From positions 4,686,887-4,748,886 of the forward strand of contig NC_057753.1 in NCBI RefSeq assembly GCF_004010195.1: a stretch of 62,000 nt of DNA, given 5' to 3'. The notes below the pieces were generated by a model. It was not told where the DNA came from, ran no database searches, and saw only the letters and a program-made list of their open reading frames with translations. Each line of letters starts with the position of its first letter. The stretch's first letter is position 1. The translations under genes were made by a program, and so were the position numbers. Below, in pieces: positions 60,603-62,000 of the stretch. The stretch comes from Chiloscyllium plagiosum. Lineage: Eukaryota.

Positions 60603-62000
60603 GAGGTGCCAGTGTCGCACTGGGTGGACAAAGTTAGAAGTCACACGACACCAGGTTATAGTCCAGCAGGTTCATTTGAAATCACAGACACACACAAAAT
60701 AGGCACCCGAGCAGAGAGATCAAAAGATCACACAAATGGTGAGAGTGGAGTGGTGTGTCTCTGCAGGTGATCAAAAGTGTCAGAAACTGTGAGTGAAGTG
60801 TCAACAGCTGAATAACAAGTGAAGGGACGACTGATTAAATGAGGCAGAAAGATATTTTACAATTAAAAATAAGGCGGTGCTGGAGATTAACCAAATGAAT
60901 GAAACAACATGATAGCTATAAGAGTTACATGCTGAGGGTCTAACCAAAGTAATAAGTAATCCAAAACTGTACAAACTAATTAAGGTAAAGAAATCATAAT
61001 TTGTCAAGTGATGGTGTTAAAACAGGACAGTAAGGAAGATTTTACAGATACAGAATAGTGTGGTGGGGTCACATATAGCATGATATGAACCTGAGATCAC
61101 AATTGAGGCGGTCTTTATGGGCAACAGAACTTGGCTATCAGTTTCTGGTCAGCAATTCTGTGTTGTTGTGTACCTCGAAGGCCACCTTGGAGGATGCTTA
61201 TCCAAAGATCGGAGGCTGAATGCCCTTGACCGCTGAAGTATTCCCTGACTGGGAGGGAACATTCCTGTCTAGCGATTATTGTCCGTTCATCTGTAGCGTC
61301 CACATGGACTCGCCAATATACCATGCCTTGGGGCATCCTTGCCTACAGTGTATGAGATAGACAATATTGGCCAAGTGATATGAGCATGTGCCACGTACAT
61401 GGTAGGTAGTGTTCCCATGAGTGATGGTAGTATCCATGTTAATGATCTGATATGTTTTGCCACAGCAGGGTTGTGTGATGTTGTGGTCCATGTTGACCTG
61501 AAGACTGGGCAGTTTGCGCAAACAATGATCTGTTTAAAGGCAAGAAGTGGAGATGTAAGGATGATTTTGGTGAGATGCTCATTGTCATAAATGTGAGCGG
61601 CACGGTGGCACAGCAGTTAGCACTGCTGCCTCACAGCGCCCGAGACCCGGGTTCAATTCCCGCCTCAGGCGACTGACTGTGTGGAGTTTGCACGTTCTCC
61701 CCGTGTCTGCAAGGGTTTCCTCCGGGTACTCCGGTTTCCTCCCACAGTCCAAAGATGTGCAGGTCAGGTGAACTGGCCATGCTAAATTGCCCGTAGTGTT
61801 AGGTAAGGGGTAAATGTAGGGGTATGGGTGGGTTGCGCTTCGGCGGGTCGGTGTGGACTTGTTGGGCCGAAGGGCCTGTTTCCACACTGTAATGTAATGT
61901 AATCTAATCTAAACATGTTGAAGGCTGCGAAGAACATGACATTCTCTCTTCTCTGGAGAAATACTGGATGACGAAGGTACTCTATCAGACATATCCTATG
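60603..62000 (-). mobile_element. Penelope-like element (GIY-YIG region plus family-B terminus), runs off window
   Basis: NIVYLIHCRQGCPKAWYIGE (61276..61521); EQKLIAKF-like DQKLIAKF; terminus acaccaggttatagtcc. Confidence 0.88.
61595..61912 (+). mobile_element. HE1-like SINE, young, inside PLE
   Basis: Full length, tail (TGTAA)n(TCTAA)n. Confidence 0.95.

Overview
Vertebrate, non-mammalian DNA. HE1-type V-SINEs, CR1 LINEs and the zinc-finger style point to a shark (inference). The window is a C2H2 zinc-finger (ZNF) gene cluster embedded in dense retroelements. It holds three intact ZNF ORFs of about 290 aa, each within one coding exon and lacking a recognisable effector domain: 15518-16387 (+), 43531-44406 (-) and 47484-48362 (-). 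At least six decayed ZNF relics are also present. Four CpG-island promoters (about 14.7-15.2, 21.5-22.3, 44.6-45.0 and 59.8-60.2 kb) all carry 2-5 copies of one oriented ~25-bp motif, G(C/T)CGCCATnTTTnTnGGGGGCA. One island lies between ~490-bp near-identical inverted repeats. Most of the rest is CR1/L2/Tx1 LINE fragments, young and old SINEs, probable solo LTRs and Penelope-like elements (PLEs). The PLE terminal repeats carry about 15 minimal hammerhead-ribozyme motifs. At least nine occur as short, often palindromic, non-coding inserts with 11-15 bp target-site duplications. There are three assembly gaps. No rRNA, tRNA gene or CRISPR array was seen. Repeat boundaries were read by eye and are approximate.
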